DNA of 64,000 bases from an uncultured Aquirufa sp. (GTDB taxonomy: Bacteria; Bacteroidota; Bacteroidia; Cytophagales; Spirosomataceae): positions 22,298 to 86,297 of the forward strand of contig CAYHOB010000009.1 in the NCBI GenBank assembly GCA_964358165.1, in the 5' to 3' direction. Positions 49,134 to 59,843 of the stretch are shown here, one piece after another. A program made the position numbers and the translations under genes. Each line of letters begins with the position of its first letter. Position 1 is the first letter of the stretch. The notes beneath the pieces are model-generated. The model had not been told where the DNA came from and ran no database searches. It worked only from the letters and a program-made list of their open reading frames with translations.

Positions 49134-50651
49134 TTAAATATCTAATAATAAACGAGCTGGATCTTCCAATAGTTGCTTTAAGCGAACTAAGAAACTTACA
49201 GACTCCCGGCCATCGATGATGCGGTGATCATATGATAAGGCCAAATACATAATAGGACGAACAACGATTTGACCGTCAACGACCACCGCGCGCTCTACGA
49301 TATTATGCATACCTAAGATCGCGACTTGCGGCGCATTGATAATCGGCGTCGAAAGCATCGAACCAAATACCCCACCATTCGTGATCGTAAATGTTCCGCC
49401 GCTCATTTCATCCAATGTCAACTTGTTCTCACGTGCTTTTCCTGCCAAACGAACCACTTCAGATTCAATGCCTGCCAGAGATAAGTTCTCTGCCGACCGA
49501 ATCACCGGTACCACTAAACCTTTCGGTGCAGAAACAGCAATGGAAATATCACAGTAATCATGGAATACGATTTCGTCTCCATCGATTTTCGCGTTAACCG
49601 AAGGATATTCCTTCAAGGCCACACAAACTGCTTTCGTGAAGAAGGACATAAAGCCTAAGCCCACGCCATGCTTCTCCTTGAATTTATCCTTGTATTTTCC
49701 ACGTAAATCCATGACCGGTTTCATGTCAACTTCATTGAAGGTTGTCAACATCGCCGTTTCATTTTTCACAGCGACCAATCGACGGGCAACAGTTTTACGC
49801 AATGAACTCATTTTTTCCCGACGCGTACCACCTTGTGCAACCGCAGCTACTGCTGCTGGCGCTGATGCCACTGGAGCTGATGCCGCTGGTTTCGAAGCAG
49901 ACAATGCATCTTCTTTTGTAATACGTCCACCTACACCCGAACCCGCAACCGAAGCCGCTGCAATTCCTTTTTCATCTAAAATCTTGGCTGCTGCTGGAGA
50001 TGGATGACCTGCTGCATAATTAGCGTCTGCAGATGCAGAAGCTACAGGAGCCGCTGCGGGTGCTGCTGCCGGAGCCGCCGCAACTGAACCACCTACGGAG
50101 ATTTTGGCCAACAAACCTCCAATTGGAACCACAGAACCAGGCTGTGCAATGACTTCTAAAACACCTGCGGATTCCGCTGGCAATTCGAAGGTCGCTTTAT
50201 CTGACTCTAATTCACAAAGCACTTCATCTAAGGTAACTACATCACCTGTTTTCTTATTCCAAACCGAAACGGTTACTTCTGAGATCGACTCACCTACCGC
50301 AGGAACCTTAACTTCCAACACGGTCGTTGGACCTGCTGGAGCTGGAGCTGGAGCCGCCGCTGGTGCTGGTGTCGCTGTTGGAGCTGCATCTGCCACGGTC
50401 ACGGATGCTGGAGCACCGCCCGCCTCAATCGTGCAAATAATCGCACCGATCGGCAAAACATCTCCTTCTTTTGCAACAATGTGCAAAATACCCTCAGCCT
50501 CGGCTGGCAATTCAAATGTTGCTTTATCCGACTCTAATTCGCATAAAACCTCATCCAATTTCACGTGATCGCCTTCTTTCTTGTTCCAAGTGGCAACCGT
50601 TACTTCCGTGATTGACTCGCCCACTGCGGGCACTTTCATTTCTATAGCCAT
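49134..50651 (-). CDS. sucB: 2-oxoglutarate dehydrogenase E2 with two lipoyl domains
   Basis: Two [10 protein letters not shown] lipoyl motifs, Ala/Pro linkers, DHRIIDG. Confidence 0.96.
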   Translation of the reverse strand: MAIEMKVPAVGESITEVTVATWNKKEGDHVKLDEVLCELESDKATFELPAEAEGILHIVAKEGDVLPIGAIICTIEAGGAPASVTVADAAPTATPAPAAAPAPAPAGPTTVLEVKVPAVGESISEVTVSVWNKKTGDVVTLDEVLCELESDKATFELPAESAGVLEVIAQPGSVVPIGGLLAKISVGGSVAAAPAAAPAAAPVASASADANYAAGHPSPAAAKILDEKGIAAASVAGSGVGGRITKEDALSASKPAASAPVASAPAAVAAVAQGGTRREKMSSLRKTVARRLVAVKNETAMLTTFNEVDMKPVMDLRGKYKDKFKEKHGVGLGFMSFFTKAVCVALKEYPSVNAKIDGDEIVFHDYCDISIAVSAPKGLVVPVIRSAENLSLAGIESEVVRLAGKARENKLTLDEMSGGTFTITNGGVFGSMLSTPIINAPQVAILGMHNIVERAVVVDGQIVVRPIMYLALSYDHRIIDGRESVSFLVRLKQLLEDPARLLLDI

Positions 50652-50660
50652 AATATTCGA

Positions 50661-53384
50661 TTATTCAAATGCTCTATTTATCAATGCTGCTTGCTCTTCA
50701 CCATGCACCTTCAAGAATCCAGTCGCCGGTGAGGCCGATTTCTTGCGTGCGATTAATTTACTGAAACGAGACCAACCAAATTCACGGATCACATAAGACC
50801 AATAACCCATGTTTTCCGGCTCTTCTTGTACGAAGAATACTTCAGCTGATTTATATTTAGCTAATTCAGCTTCTACTTGCTTTGTTGGGAAAGGATGTAA
50901 TTGTTCCAAACGAATAATGGCAACATCCTTACGCTTATCTTTTTCTTGGCGATCAAAAAGATCAAAATATACCTTTCCGGAACAGATCAATACGCGTTTT
51001 ACTTTCGCTTTGTCAGCATATTCATCTCCAATTACTTCTTGGAAAGAACCCTTCGTAAAAGCATCGATTTTCGAAACCACTTTTGGATGACGGAAAATTG
51101 ATTTTGGCGACATCACCACCAAAGGCTTACGGAATTCCCACGTTAATTGTCGGCGCAAGGCATGGAAAATATTCGCTGGCGTTGTCAAATTCGCAATCAC
51201 CATGTTGTTCTCCGCAGCTAATTGCAAGAAACGCTCTGGACGGGCATTTGAGTGCTCCGGTCCTTGTCCTTCATAGCCATGTGGCAATAACATAACTAAT
51301 CCATTTTGTGTCCCCCACTTCGATTCGTGTGAAGAAACAAACTGATCGATCATTGTCTGAGCGCCGTTGGCAAAATCACCAAATTGGGCCTCCCAGATGA
51401 CCAAGGCATTCGGATTTGCTAAGGCATAACCAAATTCATATCCCAAAACGCCATATTCCGACAATAAGGAGTTATAGATTTGAGCCTCTTCCTGCTCGTC
51501 GGAAATATGATTTAACGAGCTGTAATTCTCATTCGTATTTGCATCATGCAAGACCGCATGACGGTGAGAAAATGTTCCTCTTTGAACATCCTGACCCGAC
51601 AAACGTACTGCTTTGCCCTCCACTAATAAAGAGCCATAAGCAAGTAACTCGGCCGTTGCCCAGTTTATTTCTCCTTTATCGAAGAATACCTTGCGATCGG
51701 CTATCACCTTTTCAATTTGCTTTAAGGCAACAAAGCCTTTTGGCAAGGTCGTAATTGCTTGGGCAACCTGATCAACTGTTGCTTGTGAAATAGCCGTATT
51801 AGGCGATTTTTCGAAGTCTTTATCGGTTGAGTAGCGCAAGGCAGACCAGGCATTATCCAGTTTCAACGGAATATACGGAGGGCGAACTTTTTGTTTGACC
51901 AAATCCAAACGCGCTTGTAATTCCGCTTTGAATTCAGCATCCATTTGCTCGGCTAATTTCGCCTCAATTTCCCCCTGCTTAATTAATTTCTGTGTGTAGA
52001 TCTCACGCGGATTGGGGTGATTCGTAATGTTCGCGTAAAGCGTTGGTTGTGTAAAACGCGGCTCATCCGATTCGTTGTGGCCATTGCGACGGTAACAAAC
52101 CATATCCACAAACACATCTCGGCCAAATTCCTGACGGAATTCAGCTGCAATACGTGAGACAAAAACGACTGCCTCCGGATCATCCCCATTCACATGGAAT
52201 ACGGGAGCATCTATAATCTTTGCCACATCCGTGCAATAAATTGCCGATCGAGCATCTTCGAAATCCGTTGTAAAACCAACTTGGTTATTGATCACAAAGT
52301 GTATGGTTCCTCCGGTTGAGTAACCCTTCAACTTCGCCATTTGCGTCACTTCATAAACGATGCCTTGACCGGCTACTGCCGCATCTCCGTGAATCAAAAT
52401 TGGCATTACTTTCGAATAATCACCATCAAATTGTGCATCAGCACTCGCCCGACAAAACCCTTCTACCAACGGATTAACCGCCTCTAGGTGAGATGGGTTT
52501 GGCGCTAATTTCAACGAGATCTCACTGCCATTGGGCGAAATGTGTTTCGATGAATAGCCTAAATGGTATTTCACATCACCATCGCCATGAATTTCATCTG
52601 GCACATTTCCTTCAAAACCATCAAAGATTGCTTCGTATGATTTGTGCATGATATTCGCCAAAACGTTCAATCGTCCTCGGTGTGCCATACCAATCATAGC
52701 TTCTTTCACACCTAGATCAGCCGATGTATTTATTATCGCATCTAAACCCGCGATAGTAGATTCTCCACCCTCAAGACCAAAACGCTTTTGGCCTAAATAT
52801 TTAGTACCTAAGAAATTTTCGAAAACAACGGCTTCGTTTAATTTCTGAAGAATATGTTTTTTCTTTTCAATCGGAGGATTGAAAGACAATGCCTCTTTTT
52901 CAATTTTATTACGCAACCACTCTTTCGTTGCTACTTCTCGGATATATGAATATTCAAAACCAATTGTTCCCGCATAAATTTTATGCAAAGCAGCTTGAAT
53001 TTGACGTAAGGTTGCTGGGCCGATTCCCAAGAAAACACCTGCCTGAAACACGGTATCTAAATCCGCATCCGAAAGCGCGTAATCTGTCAAACCCAAACGA
53101 GGCTGACGATCCTTGCGCGCACGAACGGGGTTCGTATTTGACAACAAGTGTCCACGTGAACGAAATGCTTTGATGAGTGAGATAACAGCCATTTCCTTTT
53201 GAACATGTGCAGAATCTGCAGCATTGCCCATAGGCGCATCTGTTAACCAAGTTCGTGAAAAATCGAATCCCTTAAAGAAATCTCTCCAAGAGCTATCTAC
53301 GGAATTAGGGTCTTGTTTGTATGCATCGTACAAGTCAGCGATGACTTGCGTATCAGCATTGGCAACGTAGGAAAATGGATCCAT
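50661..53384 (-). CDS. sucA: 2-oxoglutarate dehydrogenase E1
   Basis: KRFGLEGGE, GMAHRGRLN, GDVKYHLG, HGDAAVAGQG, WEAQFGDF, GPEHS. Confidence 0.97.
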   Translation of the reverse strand: MDPFSYVANADTQVIADLYDAYKQDPNSVDSSWRDFFKGFDFSRTWLTDAPMGNAADSAHVQKEMAVISLIKAFRSRGHLLSNTNPVRARKDRQPRLGLTDYALSDADLDTVFQAGVFLGIGPATLRQIQAALHKIYAGTIGFEYSYIREVATKEWLRNKIEKEALSFNPPIEKKKHILQKLNEAVVFENFLGTKYLGQKRFGLEGGESTIAGLDAIINTSADLGVKEAMIGMAHRGRLNVLANIMHKSYEAIFDGFEGNVPDEIHGDGDVKYHLGYSSKHISPNGSEISLKLAPNPSHLEAVNPLVEGFCRASADAQFDGDYSKVMPILIHGDAAVAGQGIVYEVTQMAKLKGYSTGGTIHFVINNQVGFTTDFEDARSAIYCTDVAKIIDAPVFHVNGDDPEAVVFVSRIAAEFRQEFGRDVFVDMVCYRRNGHNESDEPRFTQPTLYANITNHPNPREIYTQKLIKQGEIEAKLAEQMDAEFKAELQARLDLVKQKVRPPYIPLKLDNAWSALRYSTDKDFEKSPNTAISQATVDQVAQAITTLPKGFVALKQIEKVIADRKVFFDKGEINWATAELLAYGSLLVEGKAVRLSGQDVQRGTFSHRHAVLHDANTNENYSSLNHISDEQEEAQIYNSLLSEYGVLGYEFGYALANPNALVIWEAQFGDFANGAQTMIDQFVSSHESKWGTQNGLVMLLPHGYEGQGPEHSNARPERFLQLAAENNMVIANLTTPANIFHALRRQLTWEFRKPLVVMSPKSIFRHPKVVSKIDAFTKGSFQEVIGDEYADKAKVKRVLICSGKVYFDLFDRQEKDKRKDVAIIRLEQLHPFPTKQVEAELAKYKSAEVFFVQEEPENMGYWSYVIREFGWSRFSKLIARKKSASPATGFLKVHGEEQAALINRAFE

Positions 53385-53634
53385 AATGTAAAATTCTAGC
53401 CGTCGGCTAGAAATAGTTTCAAACGTTATTGTTTTGGTTTAGGTAAATTTAATTCTCACGAAAAAAATCCTCGCAATTTAATATACTATCAGCAATAAAA
53501 CCCAACAATTCGCAGGTTTTTATACCAATAAAGGCACAAATTTCTTCGGAAAAAATCCTATTTATTCGTGTCTGAAATAAATCTTTATTTATTCCAATTA
53601 TATCCTACCAAAGTCAAAAAAATCCAACAATTAC

Positions 53635-54552
53635 TCAGGGTCTAAATTGAGCAATCTTCCCATTTCCCAAATCAACTTCATAGCGAATAAATAATTGATG
53701 AAATCCTGCTCGTTCTGTCGTGACACTTGAACCAAAACCAGCCGGATAAAACAGAGCCGATTCCCCTAAAAAATCATAGGCGTATCCGACCCGAAAATTC
53801 TTACCAAGCGCTGCCTCCAAACTTCCAAGCAAGGATTTAGAACCCAGTTCAGAGCCTGTGGCCTGATACCAAATCCCAGCACCAAGCTTTTCCTTCCACC
53901 AAAAAACGGCATAATAATCCGCTTGCATCGCTTGTTGCTGATTTCGAATGACAGTACCTAGCTTCAAGGCATGTTGAGAAAAATGCAACGTATATTGGCC
54001 TGTTAAATAGTTTGGCCGATTTATTGACCCATAACTCGATTCAAAGGAATTGGCGGGGGAGCTAAAACCCAATTGGAAATCACCTCGTTCATACTGTAGA
54101 CCCCAACCATAGTGACCTCCAAATACACTTGTTCCCGTTTTCCCAATGATGGGATACTGATTAATACCCAGCTGAAAGCCCATTCGAAAATGATTTCCCC
54201 TTCCCCATGTGAAATGTTTAGCACCAAGCGCAGCTAAGCCAAGATTCGCAGCAATTCCGCCAGAAGCCAAGGCATACGATTGATCTGTATTATAGGCCAA
54301 AAAGCCGATGCCCCCCTTTTCTGTTGCAATGGGCATATCAAAACTAAAATACTGCTGAGAAGACGCTGTATTCGTAATCCCTCCTTGAAACAAAGGCTTT
54401 TTTCGGTAGATGCCCGTCATGGATGCTACCCCCTTTGCACCGGACAAAGCAGGATTTATCCCTAAAGACATAAAGGGATATACCATGCGCAAGGATTCTT
54501 GTTGGCCTAAAAGCGAAAAGCTGACAAAAAAAAGTCCCAATAATTTTTTCAC
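53635..54552 (-). CDS. PorP/SprF family T9SS outer-membrane protein
   Basis: INPALSG, YFSFDMP, GGIGF, FRVGYAYDF, HQLFIRY. Confidence 0.75.
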   Translation of the reverse strand: MKKLLGLFFVSFSLLGQQESLRMVYPFMSLGINPALSGAKGVASMTGIYRKKPLFQGGITNTASSQQYFSFDMPIATEKGGIGFLAYNTDQSYALASGGIAANLGLAALGAKHFTWGRGNHFRMGFQLGINQYPIIGKTGTSVFGGHYGWGLQYERGDFQLGFSSPANSFESSYGSINRPNYLTGQYTLHFSQHALKLGTVIRNQQQAMQADYYAVFWWKEKLGAGIWYQATGSELGSKSLLGSLEAALGKNFRVGYAYDFLGESALFYPAGFGSSVTTERAGFHQLFIRYEVDLGNGKIAQFRP

Positions 54553-55517
54553 AGATTAAAAAAGGAAAAGAGAAATAATCCTGAGAAAATGATCGCTAAA
54601 ATGAGCTCCTGTAAAAAGAGAGTTAATAGAAAGCGTGGAATGGCCTTCATTACACTTAAATGATAATAATTTCTAAATGCAATAAAATAATAGCCAAACC
54701 AAACAAAATATAAATTGGACAATGAAGCCTCCAACCATGACCATTGGACAATTTCTTGAATCAAATTCAAACATGCTAGACCGAATAGAAAAATAAAATA
54801 ACTGCTGGCTACATGCAAAATAAAAATCCCATGGTGCATGTAAAACCAATCCCGCTTTTTACGAAAAACTAATTGTAGCACCCAGGCAAGTAAAGGCAAA
54901 GCGAAAAAAAGCAAGGTCGACGTTTTGTGCAACATCGAATCCAACAAGGCCGCCCAAAGGTCCTCGGATTGTGTATATTCCCCTCCAACCTGGTAGAAAT
55001 AGCGAATTAACTTCTGTTCTGTATCTGAATCGCGTTGCTCCATTGGCTTTTTATTCTGTGCCACTAGATATGCATCATAGGTTAAGGGCCGATTTTCCTT
55101 ATTGGAATCGTCTACCATTCGGATGACAATTGACTCTAATAATTTGTTTTTATGCTCGACTTGGCCCTTAGCATTTACCCTTTCAAGCTTCTTATCGAGG
55201 GGTTGAAATAGATAAAACAAGCTTAAAAAAAAGAAAGCTGAGGTAAACAAATAGAATCGTATGGGATGAATATATGAAACCCGTTTCCCCGAGATATACT
55301 CCTGAGTCAAAAAACCGGGTTTTAAAAACAAGAGTCGAAGGGTAGAGAAAAACTTTCCATCATAGTGCAATAAATCTTCAATAAAATGAACCAGCAATGA
55401 CAAAAAACTTTCAATGGGTTCCTTATTCTCTTGTCCACAATGGGCACAAAAACGGGCCTGCACTTTTTCTCCACAATTGAGGCAATTATCTTCTTGACGT
55501 AATTTTGAGCTTGACAT
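54549..55517 (-). CDS. DUF3667 domain membrane protein
   Basis: CLNCG...FCAHCGQ zinc ribbon, KPGFLTQEYISGKRVSYIHPIRFYLF. Start at MSSSK. Confidence 0.85.
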   Translation of the reverse strand: MSSSKLRQEDNCLNCGEKVQARFCAHCGQENKEPIESFLSLLVHFIEDLLHYDGKFFSTLRLLFLKPGFLTQEYISGKRVSYIHPIRFYLFTSAFFFLSLFYLFQPLDKKLERVNAKGQVEHKNKLLESIVIRMVDDSNKENRPLTYDAYLVAQNKKPMEQRDSDTEQKLIRYFYQVGGEYTQSEDLWAALLDSMLHKTSTLLFFALPLLAWVLQLVFRKKRDWFYMHHGIFILHVASSYFIFLFGLACLNLIQEIVQWSWLEASLSNLYFVWFGYYFIAFRNYYHLSVMKAIPRFLLTLFLQELILAIIFSGLFLFSFFNL

Positions 55518-55605
55518 ATAATTCTGACAAAGTGGCACCTCGCGTTGGCTTGGAGTTAAAATTGTTATAGGGTAATCAAATTTAGGATTATTAATTTCAA
55601 AAAAC

Positions 55606-57420
55606 ATGAAAGAAACAGGTAACATCTCCATTCACACCGAGAACATTTTCCCGATCATCAAAAAATTTCTCTATTCGGACCACGAGATTTTCCTTCGTGA
55701 GTTGGTATCCAATGCAGTAGACGCCACCCAAAAAATCAAACGTTTGAGCTCAATTGGTGAGTATAATGGAGATTTGGGTGATTTAAAAGTGCAAGTTAGC
55801 TTCGATAAAGAAAAGAAAACCATCACTATTTCCGACAATGGATTAGGGATGACTGCCGAAGAAATAAAAAAATACATCAATCAAATTGCCTTTTCAGGCG
55901 CTACTGAATTTGTTGAGAAATATAAAGATCAGGGTGATGACAAAGGGATCATCGGTCATTTTGGCTTAGGATTCTATTCAGCCTTTATGGTGGCCAAAGA
56001 AGTAGAAATCATTTCCAAATCTTATCAAGAGGGATCCGAAGCAGCTCGTTGGATCTGTGATGGATCAACCGAATACTCCATTAGTTCAGCAAAGAAAAAA
56101 ACGCGAGGAACTGATATTATTTTACATATCGCCGAGGACTCGGAAGAATTTTTGGAAGAATACCGACTGAAATCCATTTTGGAAAAGTATGGTAAATTCC
56201 TTCCTATGCCGATTGAATTTCAAGAGAAAATCATCAATAACCCGAATCCGATTTGGACAAAATCACCTTCAGATTTAACGGATGAAGATTACTTGCAATT
56301 CTATGATGAATTGTACCCCATGCAAGAAAAACCCTTGTTTTGGATTCACTTGAATGTAGACTATCCGTTTAACCTAACTGGAATTTTGTACTTCCCGAAA
56401 GTGAAGAATGAGATGCAATTGCAACGAGAAAAAATTCAGTTGTATAGCAGACAAGTGTTCATCACCGACGAAGTCAAAGACATCGTTCCGGAATTCCTAA
56501 TGTTGTTACACGGAGTAATTGATTCACCGGATATTCCCTTGAACGTTTCTCGATCGTTCTTGCAGGCAGATTCCAATGTGAAGAAGATCAATAGCTATAT
56601 CACGAAAAAGGTTGCTGATAAATTGGCCGAATTATATAAATCAGACCGACCAGCCTTTGAGGAAAAATTTGCTAACATCGGCTTGTTCATCAAATATGGT
56701 ATGATTTCTGATGAGAAATTCATGGAACGTGCCAAAGATTTTTGCTTGGTTCAAGATACGAATGGCAAATATTTCACGTTAGACGAATACGCTGAAGAAG
56801 TTCAAGCTGCACAAACGGATAAAGATGGCAATAAAGTCTATCTCTATACGACTGATGAACAGCAGCAAGATGCCTTTATTCAATCCGCCAAACAAAAGAA
56901 TTATTCCGTTTTACGACTTGATTCATTAATTGACAGTCATTTTATTCAAGCCATGGAAGCGAAATTGGAGAAAACCCAATGGAAGCGCGTGGATGCGGAT
57001 CGGATAGACAAATTAATTGACACGGGAATAAACCTTGAAGCGGTTCTTAGTGACACTCAAAAAGAAAGTGTTAAAAAGGTCTTCGAAGAAACCCTGAATG
57101 ATAAGCAAAAAGTCGTAGCTGTTGAAGCCATGTCACCAGACGAATTACCAGCTATCGTAACGCAGAACGAGTTTATGCGCCGCATGAGCGAAATGTCTAA
57201 GAATGGAGGAGGAATGGGGATGTTTGGAGCAATGCCAACTACCTATAACATCACGGTCAATGCAAATCACCCTTTGATTGGAAAATTAGCAGGCCTAGCC
57301 TCAGAAGAGGAACAAAAAGCGTTAGCTAAGCAAATATCAGATTTGGCATTGTTATCACAGAATTTGTTGACAGGTGCTGATTTGACTGCGTTTATTAAGC
57401 GAACGATTGCGAATCAATAA
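55606..57420 (+). CDS. htpG: Molecular chaperone HtpG
   Basis: EIFLRELVSNAVDA, SDNGLGMT, IGHFGLGFYSAF, DSPDIPLNVSRS. Confidence 0.97.
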   Translation: MKETGNISIHTENIFPIIKKFLYSDHEIFLRELVSNAVDATQKIKRLSSIGEYNGDLGDLKVQVSFDKEKKTITISDNGLGMTAEEIKKYINQIAFSGATEFVEKYKDQGDDKGIIGHFGLGFYSAFMVAKEVEIISKSYQEGSEAARWICDGSTEYSISSAKKKTRGTDIILHIAEDSEEFLEEYRLKSILEKYGKFLPMPIEFQEKIINNPNPIWTKSPSDLTDEDYLQFYDELYPMQEKPLFWIHLNVDYPFNLTGILYFPKVKNEMQLQREKIQLYSRQVFITDEVKDIVPEFLMLLHGVIDSPDIPLNVSRSFLQADSNVKKINSYITKKVADKLAELYKSDRPAFEEKFANIGLFIKYGMISDEKFMERAKDFCLVQDTNGKYFTLDEYAEEVQAAQTDKDGNKVYLYTTDEQQQDAFIQSAKQKNYSVLRLDSLIDSHFIQAMEAKLEKTQWKRVDADRIDKLIDTGINLEAVLSDTQKESVKKVFEETLNDKQKVVAVEAMSPDELPAIVTQNEFMRRMSEMSKNGGGMGMFGAMPTTYNITVNANHPLIGKLAGLASEEEQKALAKQISDLALLSQNLLTGADLTAFIKRTIANQ

Positions 57421-57530
57421 TTAGAGACTTGATACTTCAAGAGCCCCAGACTAAAGTCTGGGGTTATTAAAATTCTTTTATAACCCTAGGCTTTAGCCTA
57501 GGGAACAGACGCGAAGTATCGCGACTCTAC
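57421..57530. repeat. Mirror-symmetric mosaic of four REP-like hairpins
   Basis: TAGAGAC..TACT (+, 57421-57442), TAACCCCAGACT (-, 57444-57466), TAACCCTAGGCT (+, 57481-57503), GTAGAG..TACT (-, 57506-57530). Confidence 0.8.
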
Positions 57531-57532
57531 AG

Positions 57533-57563
57533 AACCTGGGTGGGCTTCCATCCAGGTTTTTTA
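57533..57563 (+). terminator. Rho-independent terminator for htpG
   Basis: AACCTGGGTGG-GCTT-CCATCCAGGTT followed by TTTTA. Confidence 0.65.
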
Positions 57564-58160
57564 CATCCCTTTCCGAACAATGATTTTTTTGGTGGCTACC
57601 GAACGGCCATCAATCATTAATTGGTATAAATACATCCCTGAGGAAAAATCCCGCAAGGAAATTCGTAATGATTTTTGGTCGCGATCTAAGGCAAATTCCT
57701 TCACTTGTTCTCCCAATACATTGTAAAATCCTAATCGTAATTCTTGATTTCCAATGACCTGATAATCGATATCCAAAAAATCACTCGCTGGATTGGGATA
57801 AGCATGTGAGACTTGGATCCGGTCGTTATAAAATAAATAATTCGCATTATTGCTGTTCTCTTCGACCAATTTACGTTCCGGAAGCTGCCCAACGATGGTT
57901 GTCGAGTTAGATTTGGCAAAACTAGACTTCATGAATTGTGCTACATAAGAATTTTGCTTCAAATCAAGATTGGTCTGTAAGGCGGCATTTACATGAAAAG
58001 ACCGCTTAGCTAATAAAATTGGCAAATTTACTCGCTGTGAAGTTCGTTGAATCGTTAATCGAGATTTCGATTTTGCTTCGTTCTGTGCAAGCATGCCTAC
58101 TGGACTTAGAGAGGCCAAGAGCAAAGCAAGGAAGAACAGGTTACGTATAGATTGAAGCAT
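57561..58160 (-). CDS. Small T9SS type A sorting-domain (CTD) protein
   Basis: Signal peptide and C-terminal AYPNPAS...SGMYLYQL...TKKIIV. Confidence 0.85.
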   Translation of the reverse strand: MLQSIRNLFFLALLLASLSPVGMLAQNEAKSKSRLTIQRTSQRVNLPILLAKRSFHVNAALQTNLDLKQNSYVAQFMKSSFAKSNSTTIVGQLPERKLVEENSNNANYLFYNDRIQVSHAYPNPASDFLDIDYQVIGNQELRLGFYNVLGEQVKEFALDRDQKSLRISLRDFSSGMYLYQLMIDGRSVATKKIIVRKGM

Positions 58161-58253
58161 AGTAAAATCGAATGCTCAAAGGTAATTCTTTGTTGCATAG
58201 AATTAGCGCAACAATCGGTGAACGGTCAAAATCCTATGACAAAATGCCAAATT

Positions 58254-59792
58254 TTAAGGTTTTTTAACAGAGTTAAGCGGATTCACGCGCTCCAAAATCA
58301 TGGGCAAGGTAATTTTCTCTTTTGATCGCCAATTGAATCCATCTAAAAACTCCAACTCTTCCTTCCACTCTTTGGGCGGGATAAACTTGGCATCAGGTTT
58401 GGTGATAAACGAAATCTTATGGATTTTATTTTCCTGAAAAAAGAGATTCATCCGACTGCATTCGACGCGATTCAAACCCGTAGTATTTTTCTTGTCGTCC
58501 ACAACGTAATAGACACTCTCCCCATTCCCCTCAACTTGTACTTTCTTTAATCGGGAGTCATCTGCAAAGTAAACCCACATTTTCCTGCCCTTGATTTGAT
58601 TGTAATGCGTTGCAGAATCTTTGGAAATAACAAAAGAATGCCCTCGTAAACGCATCTCGCGCATTTTCTGATTCGATAAATACATGAAAACAGAATCCGC
58701 TTGCAGTTGCGATTCGTTCGTCCACAGCAAGGGCTTTTGGTAAAAATGAATAACTGAATCCTTCGTATCATATCCCAGCGAATCACACTTGCCTGAGAAG
58801 TCCGATTTATAAATTAGCACATGGTGATAAGCGAATAATTTACGCGTAGAATCCGTTTTATTTTGCAACGAAACCAAGGTATCCGCGGTCAAATACAAGG
58901 TATCTTTTTCTCCAATATTTCGCATTAAGGCATGTCCAAACACCCGTGTAATGCCTGTTTTTCCCGCATACCGACCATGATCGCCGGTCAAAATCACCTT
59001 CTGTTTTTGACTTAAAAATTCCACTCGGCCGCGCGCAACGCCAATCTGGGTTGGACTGTCATAAAACAAGGTATCTGCGGATAGTATATATTCATCCGTT
59101 TTGGCAGTGGACCTCCCCGTAAAATTCGAGACTTTCGTTTGCGTATTATAAAAGCCCGCACGCGTCAGCACAGTATCCTTTTTCGTGATAATTTCCGTAG
59201 GAGCGATAAAATAGGCCTCCTTGGATGCCGTATTATATTTAAGCGAATCCGCCTGTAATTTACCTCCCTCTTTATCCAAAACGCGTACCTTCTCCTTGAA
59301 AAGAAAATTTTTCGTTACCGTATTATAAAAGCCTTCCTTACTCGATAAAGTAGATTTTTTATCTACAATTTTTGCTCCCGAATGATAAATGGCCATGCGA
59401 GAATTCAAATCATAATCCAATTTATTCGTCGTCAGAATGATGGTATGATCATCCAACTTAACCTTGCCCGAGATATACGCTTGCCTGCTGTCACCTATAT
59501 AAACAGCCGTATCCCCCGTGATGGTTACCGTATCCGCTTGAATGATTTTCACATGTCCGTAGGCTTCTACATTATTGGTCGAGCTATTTAAAACGGCTTG
59601 ATCACAGGCCAACGTAGTCGTTCCCTGACGTAGAAAGACCCGGCCAATCAAGGTTTTTCGCATGATCAAATCCTGTTGGATTCCATTGAGACTGTCGGCA
59701 CGAATGACCTCCAACTGGCTTTGTGCAAGCAAGCAAGCGGGCAACATCAAAAAGAAAAAAAGGAATAATCCGTATTTTTGCCGCATGTTCAT
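58254..59792 (-). CDS. OstA/LptA-like beta-jellyroll protein
   Basis: Signal peptide, VEAYGHVKIIQADTVTITGD repeats, FLDGFNWR C terminus. Confidence 0.8.
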   Translation of the reverse strand: MNMRQKYGLFLFFFLMLPACLLAQSQLEVIRADSLNGIQQDLIMRKTLIGRVFLRQGTTTLACDQAVLNSSTNNVEAYGHVKIIQADTVTITGDTAVYIGDSRQAYISGKVKLDDHTIILTTNKLDYDLNSRMAIYHSGAKIVDKKSTLSSKEGFYNTVTKNFLFKEKVRVLDKEGGKLQADSLKYNTASKEAYFIAPTEIITKKDTVLTRAGFYNTQTKVSNFTGRSTAKTDEYILSADTLFYDSPTQIGVARGRVEFLSQKQKVILTGDHGRYAGKTGITRVFGHALMRNIGEKDTLYLTADTLVSLQNKTDSTRKLFAYHHVLIYKSDFSGKCDSLGYDTKDSVIHFYQKPLLWTNESQLQADSVFMYLSNQKMREMRLRGHSFVISKDSATHYNQIKGRKMWVYFADDSRLKKVQVEGNGESVYYVVDDKKNTTGLNRVECSRMNLFFQENKIHKISFITKPDAKFIPPKEWKEELEFLDGFNWRSKEKITLPMILERVNPLNSVKKP

Positions 59793-59843
59793 CGCGAATC
59801 GTTAATTTCGCATCATCAATTGAACGCGCAATTTACCAATTTT

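Noticed and set aside
49134-50651. Two lipoyl domains in sucB as an unusual duplication
   Set aside because: Multiple lipoyl domains are a known, common E2 variation.
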